Positions 35,951 to 45,862 of a DNA stretch of 64,000 nt are shown here, piece by piece. The DNA is from an uncultured Candidatus Saccharibacteria bacterium (GTDB taxonomy: Bacteria; Patescibacteriota; Saccharimonadia; Saccharimonadales; JBBQAJ01): positions 581,283 through 645,282 of the forward strand of contig CAZQHP010000001.1 of the NCBI GenBank assembly GCA_964593805.1, in the 5' to 3' direction. Each line of letters begins with the position of its first letter. Positions within the stretch are counted from its first letter, which is position 1. The position numbers were made by a program, and so were the translations under genes. The notes beneath the pieces are model-generated. The model was given only the letters and a program-made list of their open reading frames with translations, made no database searches and was not told the origin of the DNA.

Positions 35951-36859
35951 ATGAAAAATCGTTACCGTAAAAAGTCTGACGCTGCACATCGCTACAGCGA
36001 TGTGAGTGCTAGGTATTCATCTACAGAGATACTTGTAGCATTGCATGCGGACAAGCTACCTCCTCCAGTAGCTATTGATAGGCTTGAAAGAACAGATAGA
36101 AGTGGTTTAGTTGCAGCGGCTGAACTATCTGTCGAGCAAGCAGTTACGGCTACTTCATTTGAAAAAGCGGATCCTTGGATAAGCCGAGCTAAAACAATGT
36201 ACGAAAAAGTCGCTCGCACCGATGCTACACAAAGTGGTTGTGATGAATTTTCAGCAAAATCACTTTTTGCACTTTCACAACTACCTTTGGTTGCTTATTT
36301 GGCCTTATTTGGCAAACTACCTCCCCCGGCTTTGATTAAGCCAGTATTTAAATCCTCGGTAGAGGTTGCTGCGAAAATAAATATCGCAACTAGCCGAGAT
36401 ACTAACCCAGACTACAGACATAGGAAGGGCTGCGCTGGTGTACTTGCAGAGGCCGGAGTAATATTGTTGGGTCAACGATACGCCATAAACGACATTGGTG
36501 ATGGCTCTTGGTTACCTATTCATTCTCTACATAGCGAAGATAATAAAAACCGACAACATCACTCTGGCGAAAACCGTTCTTGGGATGTTACTTTTTTTAC
36601 ACAATTAGGTGAGGAACCGCAAAAAGACTACCTAGTGCAGGTAAAAAACAAGGAAGGTGGGGCGACTCATAAGTACGCCGACGGAGATGCAGACGGTATC
36701 ACGAGAGTTCATTTTCACCCCCAATTGACATTTAGATCTGAGCGTGGCCATGGTCTTTCAAATACAGTTCACGAATTTGTGTCCGAAGCACAGGGTGATA
36801 CTGCTGCTTCGCGCGCCTTAGATGAACGAACTGGTATGTTACTCGAAATCTTGGGTTGA
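35951..36859 (+). CDS. Hypothetical protein, weak PD-(D/E)xK-like motif
   Basis: 302 aa; ...VLAEAGV...RSWDVTFFTQL...DYLVQVKNKEG. ATG is 6 nt after TGTTAGTAT. Confidence 0.5.
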   Translation: MKNRYRKKSDAAHRYSDVSARYSSTEILVALHADKLPPPVAIDRLERTDRSGLVAAAELSVEQAVTATSFEKADPWISRAKTMYEKVARTDATQSGCDEFSAKSLFALSQLPLVAYLALFGKLPPPALIKPVFKSSVEVAAKINIATSRDTNPDYRHRKGCAGVLAEAGVILLGQRYAINDIGDGSWLPIHSLHSEDNKNRQHHSGENRSWDVTFFTQLGEEPQKDYLVQVKNKEGGATHKYADGDADGITRVHFHPQLTFRSERGHGLSNTVHEFVSEAQGDTAASRALDERTGMLLEILG

Positions 36860-36917
36860 TGATGGTAAGAATAAACCTACAGCAAACCCACTTAAGACGT
36901 ATGTGTTCAGATTATTA

Positions 36918-36944
36918 GGTGCCGGGGGCGGGACTTGTACTCAA
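36918..36944 (-). pseudogene. Decayed copy of the tRNA-Leu 3' end (T-arm and acceptor)
   Basis: GGTGCCGGGGGCGGGACTTGTACTCAA versus tRNA GGTGCCGGAGGAGGGACTCGAACCCTCAA, about 22 of 27 identical with one 2-nt indel. Confidence 0.5.
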
Positions 36945-37071
36945 AATGCTCTCTCGAAAATAAAGTTTCTCGGTCGGCCAAGCAAAGAAAACTCAAACTG
37001 CCATCTGGCATTTTTCGACCACGCATGATATTGCTATCACCGGATTTTGAGTCCCCCGTATCTAAAATACT

Positions 37072-37156
37072 TGGTGCCGGAGGAGGGACTCGAACCCTCA
37101 ATCCTTGCGGAACACGATTTTGAGTCGTGCGCGTATACCAATTCCGCCACTCCGGC
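37072..37156 (-). tRNA. tRNA-Leu (anticodon CAA), class II, CCA encoded
   Basis: Minus strand: GCCGGAG...CACGA-CTCAAAA-TCGTG...GAGGGTTCGAGTCCCTC-CTCCGGC-A-CCA. Confidence 0.9.
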
Positions 37157-37290
37157 ATCCAGGTACTTCAGATAAGACTTATAAAAGTTCATGCTTCGCA
37201 TTGTTCCACCACCGCGGCATACAGTTATCCATGTAGGTTGAACGCTCAAATTATACTATACTGATATCTGTTAAACCAGCTTAAGCATTT

Positions 37291-38454
37291 ATGAGCACAT
37301 CACAATCCCCAGCAGATGATAGAAACGGTATCGCTAACCCGGCGGCCGATTTGATTCGCCAAAAACTAGACCAGCTCTACACAAACGAACCAAGCGCGCG
37401 CGAAGAACTGCAAGAGGCGCGCGCTACAGGCCACCACTCCAAGCACCAGCACTTCATGCTTCAGCTCAGCCAATCCGGCAAATCATTGGCAGAAATCCAA
37501 ACGGCTTGGCACAACTACTACGTTGGGCTGCCAGACAATGAAAAGCATCTGGTCTGGCAGGAGTTTTACGAAGAACACAACCGCCGTTCCGCCGCCAGGC
37601 CAGCACAGACTGCGGCGCAGGCCACGCCTCCGCCTCGTCCCGCGGAACACGAACCGGCGGCCGCCTCAAATGATTCGCGCAGCGTCAGCGATGTAAAAAA
37701 ACAGTTGCTAAACCACGTGCGCGCACGGGCAGGACAAAAAAGGGGCGGGCATCTAAAATCACTCCTGTTTGGGCTGTCGTCCGGCCTGGTTGTAGTCGTT
37801 ATTTTACTGTTTGGGTTTTTCAACGAACGCTTTCTGGCCCCTTTTATAACGCCTAGCAAAGACGTTAGCACGACCCCTATTATTATCGACCCGAACAGCA
37901 GTGCCGTCGGGCCGGAATCTAAAATCATAATCCCCAAAATAAACGTGGAAATACCGGTTATATACGACGAGCCGTCCATCCAAGAAAACGCCGTTCAAAA
38001 AGCTCTGGAGCGGGGAGTGTTGCACTATGCGACTACTTCAAACCCGGGCGAACTCGGCAATGGCACCATCTTTGGCCACTCCTCCAACAACATTCTGAAC
38101 AAGGGTGATTACAAGTTCGCGTTTGTCCTGCTCAAAAGGTTAGAGGCTGGCGATACGTTTATTTTGCAAAAAGACGGCAAACGCTATGTTTACCGTGTTT
38201 TTGCCAAAAAAGTGGTGAAGCCGCAGGATGTTTCAGTCCTGGCTGACGCCCAAGGCAAACCGGCCACTATGAGCCTTATCACTTGCGATCCGCCCGGCAC
38301 CAGCTTGAACCGTTTGGTTGTAACCGGCGAACAAATCACACCGGATCCAGGCGGCAATCTTGCGAGCAGCGCCAAAGCAGACATAGCACCAACAATCCTC
38401 CCTAGTAATTCACCAACTCTTTGGAGCCGATTCACAAACTGGTTTACGGATTAG
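37291..38454 (+). CDS. Sortase with long N-terminal extension
   Basis: TM at ~aa 165, catalytic His region IFGHSSNN, Cys motif MSLITCDPPG, Arg in LVVTGE region. Confidence 0.8.
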   Translation: MSTSQSPADDRNGIANPAADLIRQKLDQLYTNEPSAREELQEARATGHHSKHQHFMLQLSQSGKSLAEIQTAWHNYYVGLPDNEKHLVWQEFYEEHNRRSAARPAQTAAQATPPPRPAEHEPAAASNDSRSVSDVKKQLLNHVRARAGQKRGGHLKSLLFGLSSGLVVVVILLFGFFNERFLAPFITPSKDVSTTPIIIDPNSSAVGPESKIIIPKINVEIPVIYDEPSIQENAVQKALERGVLHYATTSNPGELGNGTIFGHSSNNILNKGDYKFAFVLLKRLEAGDTFILQKDGKRYVYRVFAKKVVKPQDVSVLADAQGKPATMSLITCDPPGTSLNRLVVTGEQITPDPGGNLASSAKADIAPTILPSNSPTLWSRFTNWFTD

Positions 38455-39934
38455 CATTCGGTAAAACTTTTAGCTCTGTGCGAGTTAGAATAGTTTTTTC
38501 GGCGCTGGGAGCCAGCGTAAACATGGCGGCGTAGTCGCGGTCAAAAAACGGCGTGAAAGCTGGCAAGCTGGCGCTTAATTTCTGCATATTCGTACCGTCA
38601 AAATCAAAAATATTCACGCTGTTGCCGCTGATGAGCGACAGCCGGTGGCCATCCATCCAGCTGGCTTTCTGGGCGGCGGCGATCGGGAGCTTGGTGTCGT
38701 ATCTGAACTGCCGGCTCATTTCAAGATCATAAACGGCGAAATTGCTCCCGCCTTGCACAGCCACAAACCGCGCGATTGCCGAAAACGACACGTATTGCGC
38801 GCCAGGCACAATCAAAACTCGGAACGCCTGCGGGGTTCGCGCGGGGCGACGGTTCAAATCACTAAACGGATCTTTGTAGACATAGACGTGCCCATCCGCC
38901 GGACTGCCCGCAACTAGATAGAGCTGTCCCTTGAACTCTGCCATGTCCAGCAAATACGACCCGGCAGTCGGTACAGTTCTAACCAGATAATCTTGTTCGT
39001 TTTGGGTAACATGCACCTCAACTTCCGCGGTACCGGCAACTGGGTTAGTCGTGTACAGAACAGTATCTTCCTTGTACGCCCGGTACGCCAACACCTTGGC
39101 CCGCTGCAACGTTACGGTTCTGGTTCTGGTATCAGCCTGGAACAAGCCGCCGTCTGCCGCATTATGCAGGTAAAGCTGGTCGGCTTTTTTGTCGCGCAGG
39201 CTGGCGGCCGTAAAAGGCTGCGCGGCGAAGATTTTGTTGAGGTTTACGCTGGCGGCCGGATTGTCCCGGTTTAGCATCACAAACTCGCTGCCGCCGGTAA
39301 AATTGTGCTTTAGCAAGACGTGCGTGTTGTCGCTTGACCACTCAACCGCCTCATAATTATGAACGCCGGGCACGGCAGTGAAAGCGTCTTGGGGCAGGTT
39401 AATCGTAACCACGGCAGCTTTGGGGTTGCTTAGGTCAATTACATCGAAACCGCTGGCGGAGTTTGGCTGGTGCACCAGCAGCCAGCGCCTGTCCAGGCTA
39501 GTGGAAGCCATAGACGGCGCGGCAGGGTATTCTTGCAGTGATCTGCTCACAAGGTTTGCGGGGAACAGGAACGGGTAAACCAATTGCTCTATGCTGCTGC
39601 CTTCAAGGCTGACATTGTGGCTCCAGCTACGGTAGTTTTCTCTCTGCAACTCAACTTTGTACTGGCCAGCCGGCAAAACCAGCCTATTGTCCGTAGTGCC
39701 TTTGCCTTCGCCGTTCACAAAAATAGTTGCCGATTCTGGGTGAGCGTCAACTATAATCAATCCGTTTTGAATAATATCGCCCGTGTCTCGGTCAATGTCA
39801 TAGCCATAAGCCGCGAATACCAAGATAACCGTGCTGATGCCCAGTGCCACAGCCATCAGCGCGTAGCCTATATAAAGCCTGATGTTGTGGGCGCGTTTTT
39901 TCCTGGGATCAAGAAAGTCCATAGATGCAAACAT
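38444..39934 (-). CDS. PEGA domain-containing membrane-anchored protein
   Basis: N-terminal TM; PEGA-like ATIFVNGEGKGTTDNRLVLPAGQYKVELQRENY; long beta-rich C-terminal region. Confidence 0.7.
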   Translation of the reverse strand: MFASMDFLDPRKKRAHNIRLYIGYALMAVALGISTVILVFAAYGYDIDRDTGDIIQNGLIIVDAHPESATIFVNGEGKGTTDNRLVLPAGQYKVELQRENYRSWSHNVSLEGSSIEQLVYPFLFPANLVSRSLQEYPAAPSMASTSLDRRWLLVHQPNSASGFDVIDLSNPKAAVVTINLPQDAFTAVPGVHNYEAVEWSSDNTHVLLKHNFTGGSEFVMLNRDNPAASVNLNKIFAAQPFTAASLRDKKADQLYLHNAADGGLFQADTRTRTVTLQRAKVLAYRAYKEDTVLYTTNPVAGTAEVEVHVTQNEQDYLVRTVPTAGSYLLDMAEFKGQLYLVAGSPADGHVYVYKDPFSDLNRRPARTPQAFRVLIVPGAQYVSFSAIARFVAVQGGSNFAVYDLEMSRQFRYDTKLPIAAAQKASWMDGHRLSLISGNSVNIFDFDGTNMQKLSASLPAFTPFFDRDYAAMFTLAPSAEKTILTRTELKVLPNANP

Positions 39935-40057
39935 TATATAGCTTCAGGCTCAGAAAAACTTGTTTTTCTCCGTGAAACCTATTGGCTATCATCTTGCGCA
40001 ATGGCGGTCTTAGGGTTAAGATACTATCACTAGATAAAAACGAGGGTCATCTTTCGC

Positions 40058-41077
40058 GTGGCAAGCAAACAACACATTATTGAATTGAACGGCAAGCGCT
40101 ATGACGCCGTTACCGGCAAAATGATAGCCATCAGCCCCAGTTCCGCTAAAGCCGCCCTGTCAGCCGTAAAACACGCCGCAATAGACGGTTTTACTAGGAG
40201 CATGAAGCCGCGTATGAATGCCGGCAACCATGTGCCGCCCCATAAGGCCGAGAAATCAACAACGCTGATGCGTACTACTGTCAAAAAGCCTGATGTCGCG
40301 GCTAATGTCCGCGGGTTAAAAAGCATACCCCGCGCAAAACCTTCTGCCTCCGCCATTGCCGCGCATACGCCTATCAAACCCAAACCCGTACACAAAAGTG
40401 CGTTGATTCGCCGTTTCAGCGACATGATGCCTTCTAGTATGGCGCCAGCACTCGCACCAGAGAAAGCGCCTCAAACAGCTCGCTTGCAGGCAATTGCCAC
40501 TGCCACAGCTACCACAACCAACCCGCTCGCGGTTGGGTTGGCCAATGCCGACAGCCACAACCAGCCCAAAGCCAAACGCACCCGTTCGCATTCGCGCTTG
40601 GCAAAACGCCTTCGTATCAGTCCCAGAACCTTGAGCGCCGGTTCGCTGGTTCTAGCCGGGCTCGTAGTGGGTGGATTTTTTGCGTATCAGAGTATTCCAA
40701 ACCTAAGCATGCGGGTTGCTTCGGCGCGAGCCGGGCTGCATGGCACGCTGCCTAGCTACCAGCCGGCTGGCTTTGGCCTGAAAGACGGCATTACCTACAA
40801 GCCAGGCCAGATAGAAATCAGCTACAAATCAAACAGCGATGACCGCAATTTCAAAATTAGCCAGAATACGTCCTCCTGGAACAGCGAAACTTTGGTGGAA
40901 AACTACGATGCCCTCAAAGATAACTCCGCCTACCAGGCCGTCCCCACCAAAGGCAAAACCGTGTACTTGTACAGTGGCAGCAATGCCACCTGGGTGGACG
41001 GCGGCGTTTGGTACAGAATAGAAGGCGACAGCAAGCTCAACAGCGACCAGCTCCTGAACCTAGCCAACAGCCTGTAG
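40058..41077 (+). CDS. Hypothetical single-pass membrane protein
   Basis: GTG start; Ala/Pro/Lys-rich cytoplasmic part, TM LVLAGLVVGGFFAY, ~130-aa extracytoplasmic domain. Confidence 0.5.
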   Translation: MASKQHIIELNGKRYDAVTGKMIAISPSSAKAALSAVKHAAIDGFTRSMKPRMNAGNHVPPHKAEKSTTLMRTTVKKPDVAANVRGLKSIPRAKPSASAIAAHTPIKPKPVHKSALIRRFSDMMPSSMAPALAPEKAPQTARLQAIATATATTTNPLAVGLANADSHNQPKAKRTRSHSRLAKRLRISPRTLSAGSLVLAGLVVGGFFAYQSIPNLSMRVASARAGLHGTLPSYQPAGFGLKDGITYKPGQIEISYKSNSDDRNFKISQNTSSWNSETLVENYDALKDNSAYQAVPTKGKTVYLYSGSNATWVDGGVWYRIEGDSKLNSDQLLNLANSL

Positions 41078-41111
41078 GCAAAAAGTAGCACTTCCAGTAA
41101 AATAAACAGAT

Positions 41112-42530
41112 ATGACACAAGCTGTTCGCACCCGCTTCGCCCCCAGCCCAACAGGCTATTTGCACGTTGGCGGTGTTCGCACTGCGCTGTTTGCTTGGCT
41201 GCTGGCACGGCAACACAATGGACAATTTATCCTGCGCCTGGAAGACACTGACCAAAAGAGAGAAGTTACGGGAGCCGACAAACACATTGTCGACTGTCTA
41301 AAGACCCTAGGGCTTGATTTTGACGAAGGCCCAGTTCGCCAAAGCCAACGCCTAGACCTATATACAAAGTGGGCTCAGAAACTAATCGATTCGGAACGAG
41401 CCTACGCCGATCCGTTTAGCGCCGCAGAAGTGCAGCAGTTCCGAGAGCAAGACCAAAAAGCCAAAAAGCCATTTTTGTTTCGCAATCATATAGACGCAGC
41501 CGACCGCAACAACCACACTTGGGACAACAAGCAACCTTTGCGCTTCAAGTCCGACCCGAAAGCCTACAGCTGGCACGACGCCGTTATGGGTGATTTATCA
41601 ACCGGGTCGGAAGTAATAGACGACTTCATACTTATAAAATCCGACGGCTTTCCAACCTACAACTTCGCCCACATAGTTGACGACGCCGACATGAAGATTA
41701 GTCATGTCATTCGCGGCCAAGAATTTCTAGCCAGCACGCCGAACTATTTGAACTTATACGAAGCTCTGGGAATCGAACCTCCTGTGCTGGCTACGATGCC
41801 GCATATTTTGAACGAGCAGGGCAACAAAAAGCTGTCCAAGCGCGATGGCGCCAAAGATGTGCTGGACTATGTGCGAGACGGATTTTTGCCGGAAGCATTA
41901 TTAAGTTTCATTGCCACCTTGGGCTGGAATGACGGCAGCGAGCAGGAAGTTTTTTCCACAAATGAACTTATTCAAAAATTCTCACTCGAAAAAGTCGGCC
42001 ACAGCGGAGCACACTTTGACGAAAAGCGACTGCTCTGGGTCAACGGCGAATTCATTCGTAAGCTGCCCGCAGCTGAATTAGAAAATCGTGCACAGGAATA
42101 CTGGCCCCCAGAAGCAGAAAACTATGACGTCTTTTACAAAAAACAAGTACTTGGACTGGCGCAGGAACGCTTGAAATTCTTTAGCGAACTACCAGAACTC
42201 ACACTATTTTTCTTCAAAGACCTACCCATAAATCCCAAACTCATCAGCGAACACAAACAGCTCAAAAAGCTTAATGCCGCAGAGCTCAAGGACTTGCTAG
42301 AACAAGCCCAAGCCACCCTGGAGCAAAGCGACTTTACTGTTGATGATTTACAGAAATGCCTGAATGGACTGCTAGAAAAGACGAATCAGAAACCAGCCGT
42401 GCTCTTCAGCCTTATTCGCATCGCTACCACTCAAGCCCCCGTCAGCCCTGGCCTAGCCGACACGTTGGCGGTTCTCGGTCAAGAAGTCTCTGTGCGCCGG
42501 CTGAAACAACAACTCAGTACATTATCTTAA
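41112..42530 (+). CDS. gltX: Glutamate--tRNA ligase
   Basis: RFAPSPTGYLHVGGVRTALF (HIGH), KLSKRDG (KMSKS); 472 aa. Confidence 0.95.
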   Translation: MTQAVRTRFAPSPTGYLHVGGVRTALFAWLLARQHNGQFILRLEDTDQKREVTGADKHIVDCLKTLGLDFDEGPVRQSQRLDLYTKWAQKLIDSERAYADPFSAAEVQQFREQDQKAKKPFLFRNHIDAADRNNHTWDNKQPLRFKSDPKAYSWHDAVMGDLSTGSEVIDDFILIKSDGFPTYNFAHIVDDADMKISHVIRGQEFLASTPNYLNLYEALGIEPPVLATMPHILNEQGNKKLSKRDGAKDVLDYVRDGFLPEALLSFIATLGWNDGSEQEVFSTNELIQKFSLEKVGHSGAHFDEKRLLWVNGEFIRKLPAAELENRAQEYWPPEAENYDVFYKKQVLGLAQERLKFFSELPELTLFFFKDLPINPKLISEHKQLKKLNAAELKDLLEQAQATLEQSDFTVDDLQKCLNGLLEKTNQKPAVLFSLIRIATTQAPVSPGLADTLAVLGQEVSVRRLKQQLSTLS

Positions 42531-42563
42531 ATCCAGCCACAGACATCTGGTACAATAGTGGTT

Positions 42564-43859
42564 ATGGTTGATGATATAAAGCTGCCTGAAAAAGGCAAGC
42601 GGTCCGCTGGCGTTGAAGCAGATGATTCTACCCCGGAACCGAGTTTTGTGCCGCCAGAGGCAATCGCACGCGAAGACGAGTTGATTGACATGGCCGCATT
42701 AAAAAGTCCAGAGTCCAGTGCCAAGAGTCCAGAGCCTAAAACCAAAAAACCGAAGCGCAAATTTGCTCCGTTCTCTGCACTCAGTGCTAAGTACTCAGGA
42801 CTTAAAACTTGGTGGAAAGGCCGCAGCAAGAAGCAAAAAATCATCCTGGCAGCCGTGGGGGTATTGCTCTTGGCTGGATTGGGCGCAGGAGCCTATGCGC
42901 TGTTGCAAAAACCAGCTCCGGCTCCCGCACCGGTCGTCAAAGAAGAAGTCAAAGAACCGCCCAAGCCGACTACTGAACCGTCCCACTTGACGGGCGTAAC
43001 CGTGCCTATAGAATCCAATCTGCTGCCCGTAACCGGCATTATGATAGAAAACAGCCCCGATGCCCGTCCCCAATCCGGGCTCAACCAGGCCGGCGTCGTA
43101 TTTGAAGCCATCGCCGAAGGCGGCATAACCCGGTTTTTGACATTGTTTCAGGAGACCCAGCCAGACTACGTGGGGCCAATCCGCAGCGTACGGCCGTATT
43201 ATTTGCAGTGGCTTCAGGGTTTTGACGCGGCCGTGGCACATGTGGGCGGCAGCCCGGAAGCGCTGGCCAAAATACGAAACGAAGGTATCAAAGACCTGGA
43301 CCAATCGTTCAATGCCGGTTCCTATCAGCGCATTTCTGCCCGTTATGCCCCGCACAATGTCTACACCAGCCTAGCCAGCCTTATAGCACTAAGCAAAAGC
43401 AAAGGCTTTACCGGCAGTACTTTCACGAGCTTTGTCCGCAAAGCCGAAGCCCCCGCCGTAACGCCAACGGCCAAGGCGGTTAACTTCGCTATTTCCGGGC
43501 CGCTTTATAACGTCCACTACGATTACGAAGCCGCCAGCAATAGCTACCTGCGCTCTCAGGGAGGCGCGCCCCACAAAGACGAACGCAGCGGCCTGCAGAT
43601 CAAACCCAAGGTCGTGATTGCGCTCGTGTTGCCACAAGGCATCGCGGCGGATCGCATACACACCACTTACAACACGCTTGGCAGCGGCACGGCCTTTATC
43701 TTTCAGGACGGCACAGTCACTCAAGGCACCTGGTCAAAAGCCAGCGACAAAGCGCAGCTTAGTTTCGCCGACGCGGGCGGAGCGCCAATCGGCCTCAACC
43801 CAGGCCAAACCTGGCTTACGGCCGTTGGCTTGGCAACTTCGGTAACCTTCACGCCTTAG
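42564..43859 (+). CDS. DUF3048 domain-containing protein
   Basis: TM, then GIMIENSPDARPQSGLNQAGVVFEAIAEGGITRFLTLF and IRSVRPYY. ATG 42564 is 7 nt after TGGTACAAT; the track starts at GTG 42558. Confidence 0.75.
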   Translation: MVDDIKLPEKGKRSAGVEADDSTPEPSFVPPEAIAREDELIDMAALKSPESSAKSPEPKTKKPKRKFAPFSALSAKYSGLKTWWKGRSKKQKIILAAVGVLLLAGLGAGAYALLQKPAPAPAPVVKEEVKEPPKPTTEPSHLTGVTVPIESNLLPVTGIMIENSPDARPQSGLNQAGVVFEAIAEGGITRFLTLFQETQPDYVGPIRSVRPYYLQWLQGFDAAVAHVGGSPEALAKIRNEGIKDLDQSFNAGSYQRISARYAPHNVYTSLASLIALSKSKGFTGSTFTSFVRKAEAPAVTPTAKAVNFAISGPLYNVHYDYEAASNSYLRSQGGAPHKDERSGLQIKPKVVIALVLPQGIAADRIHTTYNTLGSGTAFIFQDGTVTQGTWSKASDKAQLSFADAGGAPIGLNPGQTWLTAVGLATSVTFTP

Positions 43860-43870
43860 AAGCAGCTATT

Positions 43871-45409
43871 ATGGAACACCTGCCCAAAGCAATCAGCCAA
43901 ATTCGCAGCCGCGTTTGGCTAGTTGCGCTGCTAATTCAATCGGTTATTGGTTTGGGCTGTGGATTTTTGTACAGCCAAACTAACCTGTCTGCGGGCGTGA
44001 TCGCTGCCTTATTTGCTGGCTTGAGCATAGTAAGCTCGCTTTTCATAGGCTGGATGGCCGGCTATCTTGCCTCCGTACCGCTGGCGGCTTTTGGCGACGC
44101 CATCATACACGTTTCCCCAAGCCAAAACGCCCCGGCGCCAAAGACCGACAACCTGCAGGTGGGGAAAGAATACGTGAGCAGCCTGGTTTATCAGCTGTAT
44201 CAAGTAGCCAGCCTCCAGGACAATAAACTTTTGGCGGAGCACAAACGGGAAGCCACCCAGGCCAGCAACATCCTGGCACACTTGCCACTGCCGCTTTTTG
44301 TATTTAACAAACAGCAGGTTATAACTTTCGCGACCGATGCCGCGCTAGGCTACTGCGGACTGGAAAGCGCGCAGCTTTTTGGCAAGCCGCTGTTTGAAGC
44401 TGTTGATTTGGAGTTTCCCAGTAACTTTACTTTGGAAAGCTGGGTCAACGACTGCCAGCAAAACAAAGCGACCGACACGGCGTATTGGCGGCAAGTACGC
44501 CTGCGGCTAAAAAACGACAGCGCCACGTTGCGCCAGTTTGATATGGCGGGTTATTACAACCGCGACAACCCGACGGGGATTGAATTTATTATCACGCTAT
44601 TCGACCGCACCGAAGAATACGAAGAAGAAGACGATTCGCTTGGCTTTATGGCGCTGGCGGTCCACGAACTGCGCACGCCGCTAACGCTCATGCGCGGCTA
44701 TGTAGAGGTCTTTGAAGACGAGCTAGAAGGCAAACTAGACCCTGAAATGACGCGGTTCATGCACCGCATGCACGGCGCCGCCGAACAGCTGGCTGGTTTT
44801 GTGACCAACATTCTCAACGTCGCTAGAATTGAAGAGAACCAGCTGAGCGTCAAGCTGGGCGAAGAAAAGTGGAGCAACGTGATTGAGCGCGCCGGCACCG
44901 ATATGGACATGCGGGCTGACGCGCTAGGCAAAACTATTCGTTACGAAGTTGCTCCTGATTTGCCGACCGCCGGCGTGGACCGCGTAACCATTTACGAAGT
45001 ACTGTGCAATCTGATAGACAACGCCATAAAATACAGCGGCAATAGCAAAGACGTGGCCGTCAAATCATATCTAAACAGCGAGGGGTTGATTGAGACGGTT
45101 ATACAGGACCACGGCGTGGGCATTCCCACCAGCGTCCTGCCAAGTTTGTTTGAAAAATTCCACCGCAATCACCGCAACAAAGCCCAGATAAGCGGTACCG
45201 GCTTGGGCCTGTACCTGAGCAAAGCTATCGTCAATGCCCACGGCGGCGACATTTGGGTCAAGTCCAAAGAGGGCGAAGGCACCACCGTAGGATTTACCGT
45301 CAAACCATACGGTATGCTTGCTGATGAGTTAAAAACCGGCAATAATAAAGACGACATGATCCGAACGGCTCACGGCTGGATAAAAAACCACTCACTCTAT
45401 AGAAGGTAG
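43871..45409 (+). CDS. Sensor histidine kinase
   Basis: Two N-terminal TMs, H-box AVHELRTPLTLMRGY, N-box LIDNAIKYS, G-boxes DHGVGIP and GTGLGLYLSK. Confidence 0.85.
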   Translation: MEHLPKAISQIRSRVWLVALLIQSVIGLGCGFLYSQTNLSAGVIAALFAGLSIVSSLFIGWMAGYLASVPLAAFGDAIIHVSPSQNAPAPKTDNLQVGKEYVSSLVYQLYQVASLQDNKLLAEHKREATQASNILAHLPLPLFVFNKQQVITFATDAALGYCGLESAQLFGKPLFEAVDLEFPSNFTLESWVNDCQQNKATDTAYWRQVRLRLKNDSATLRQFDMAGYYNRDNPTGIEFIITLFDRTEEYEEEDDSLGFMALAVHELRTPLTLMRGYVEVFEDELEGKLDPEMTRFMHRMHGAAEQLAGFVTNILNVARIEENQLSVKLGEEKWSNVIERAGTDMDMRADALGKTIRYEVAPDLPTAGVDRVTIYEVLCNLIDNAIKYSGNSKDVAVKSYLNSEGLIETVIQDHGVGIPTSVLPSLFEKFHRNHRNKAQISGTGLGLYLSKAIVNAHGGDIWVKSKEGEGTTVGFTVKPYGMLADELKTGNNKDDMIRTAHGWIKNHSLYRR

Positions 45410-45415
45410 CTAATT

Positions 45416-45823
45416 ATGGACAACATGCTAGCCCCAAAAACCACCGGTAAAAAAATCCTGATCGTCGAAGACGAGCAGTTTATAAGCGAACTGTACGTCC
45501 GCTCGCTCACCAAAGCCGGCTACGACGTAAAAGTCGCCGTTGACGGCCAAGAAGCCCTGGTTGAAGCTCAGTCAAATAAGTACGACATCGTCCTACTGGA
45601 CATCATGCTGCCCAACCTGATAGGCACGGAAATCTTGCGCCGGTTACGGGACAAGCAGGAAACGCCCAACCTCAAAGCCAAGGTCATCATAACCACCAAC
45701 CTGGAAATGGACGAACAGCGCCGAGCAACCATAGAAACCCAAGCCGATGGTTACCTAGTCAAAGCCGAGGTCACCCCCAAAGAACTAGTAACCTTCCTAA
45801 ACCAACTCCAACTAAGCAATTAG
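45416..45823 (+). CDS. Response regulator, receiver domain only
   Basis: KILIVEDE, DIVLLDIMLP, TNLEMD...DGYLVKAE; no output domain. Confidence 0.85.
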   Translation: MDNMLAPKTTGKKILIVEDEQFISELYVRSLTKAGYDVKVAVDGQEALVEAQSNKYDIVLLDIMLPNLIGTEILRRLRDKQETPNLKAKVIITTNLEMDEQRRATIETQADGYLVKAEVTPKELVTFLNQLQLSN

Positions 45824-45862
45824 TCCATCTCTGCAATACATTAAGAGACTTTAGATTAGATC

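Noticed and set aside
36907-37158. 83-aa ORF starting MPEWRNWYTRTTQNRVPQGLRVRVPPPAP.
   Set aside because: It is a translation through tRNA-Leu(CAA) and its degenerate copy, not a protein gene.
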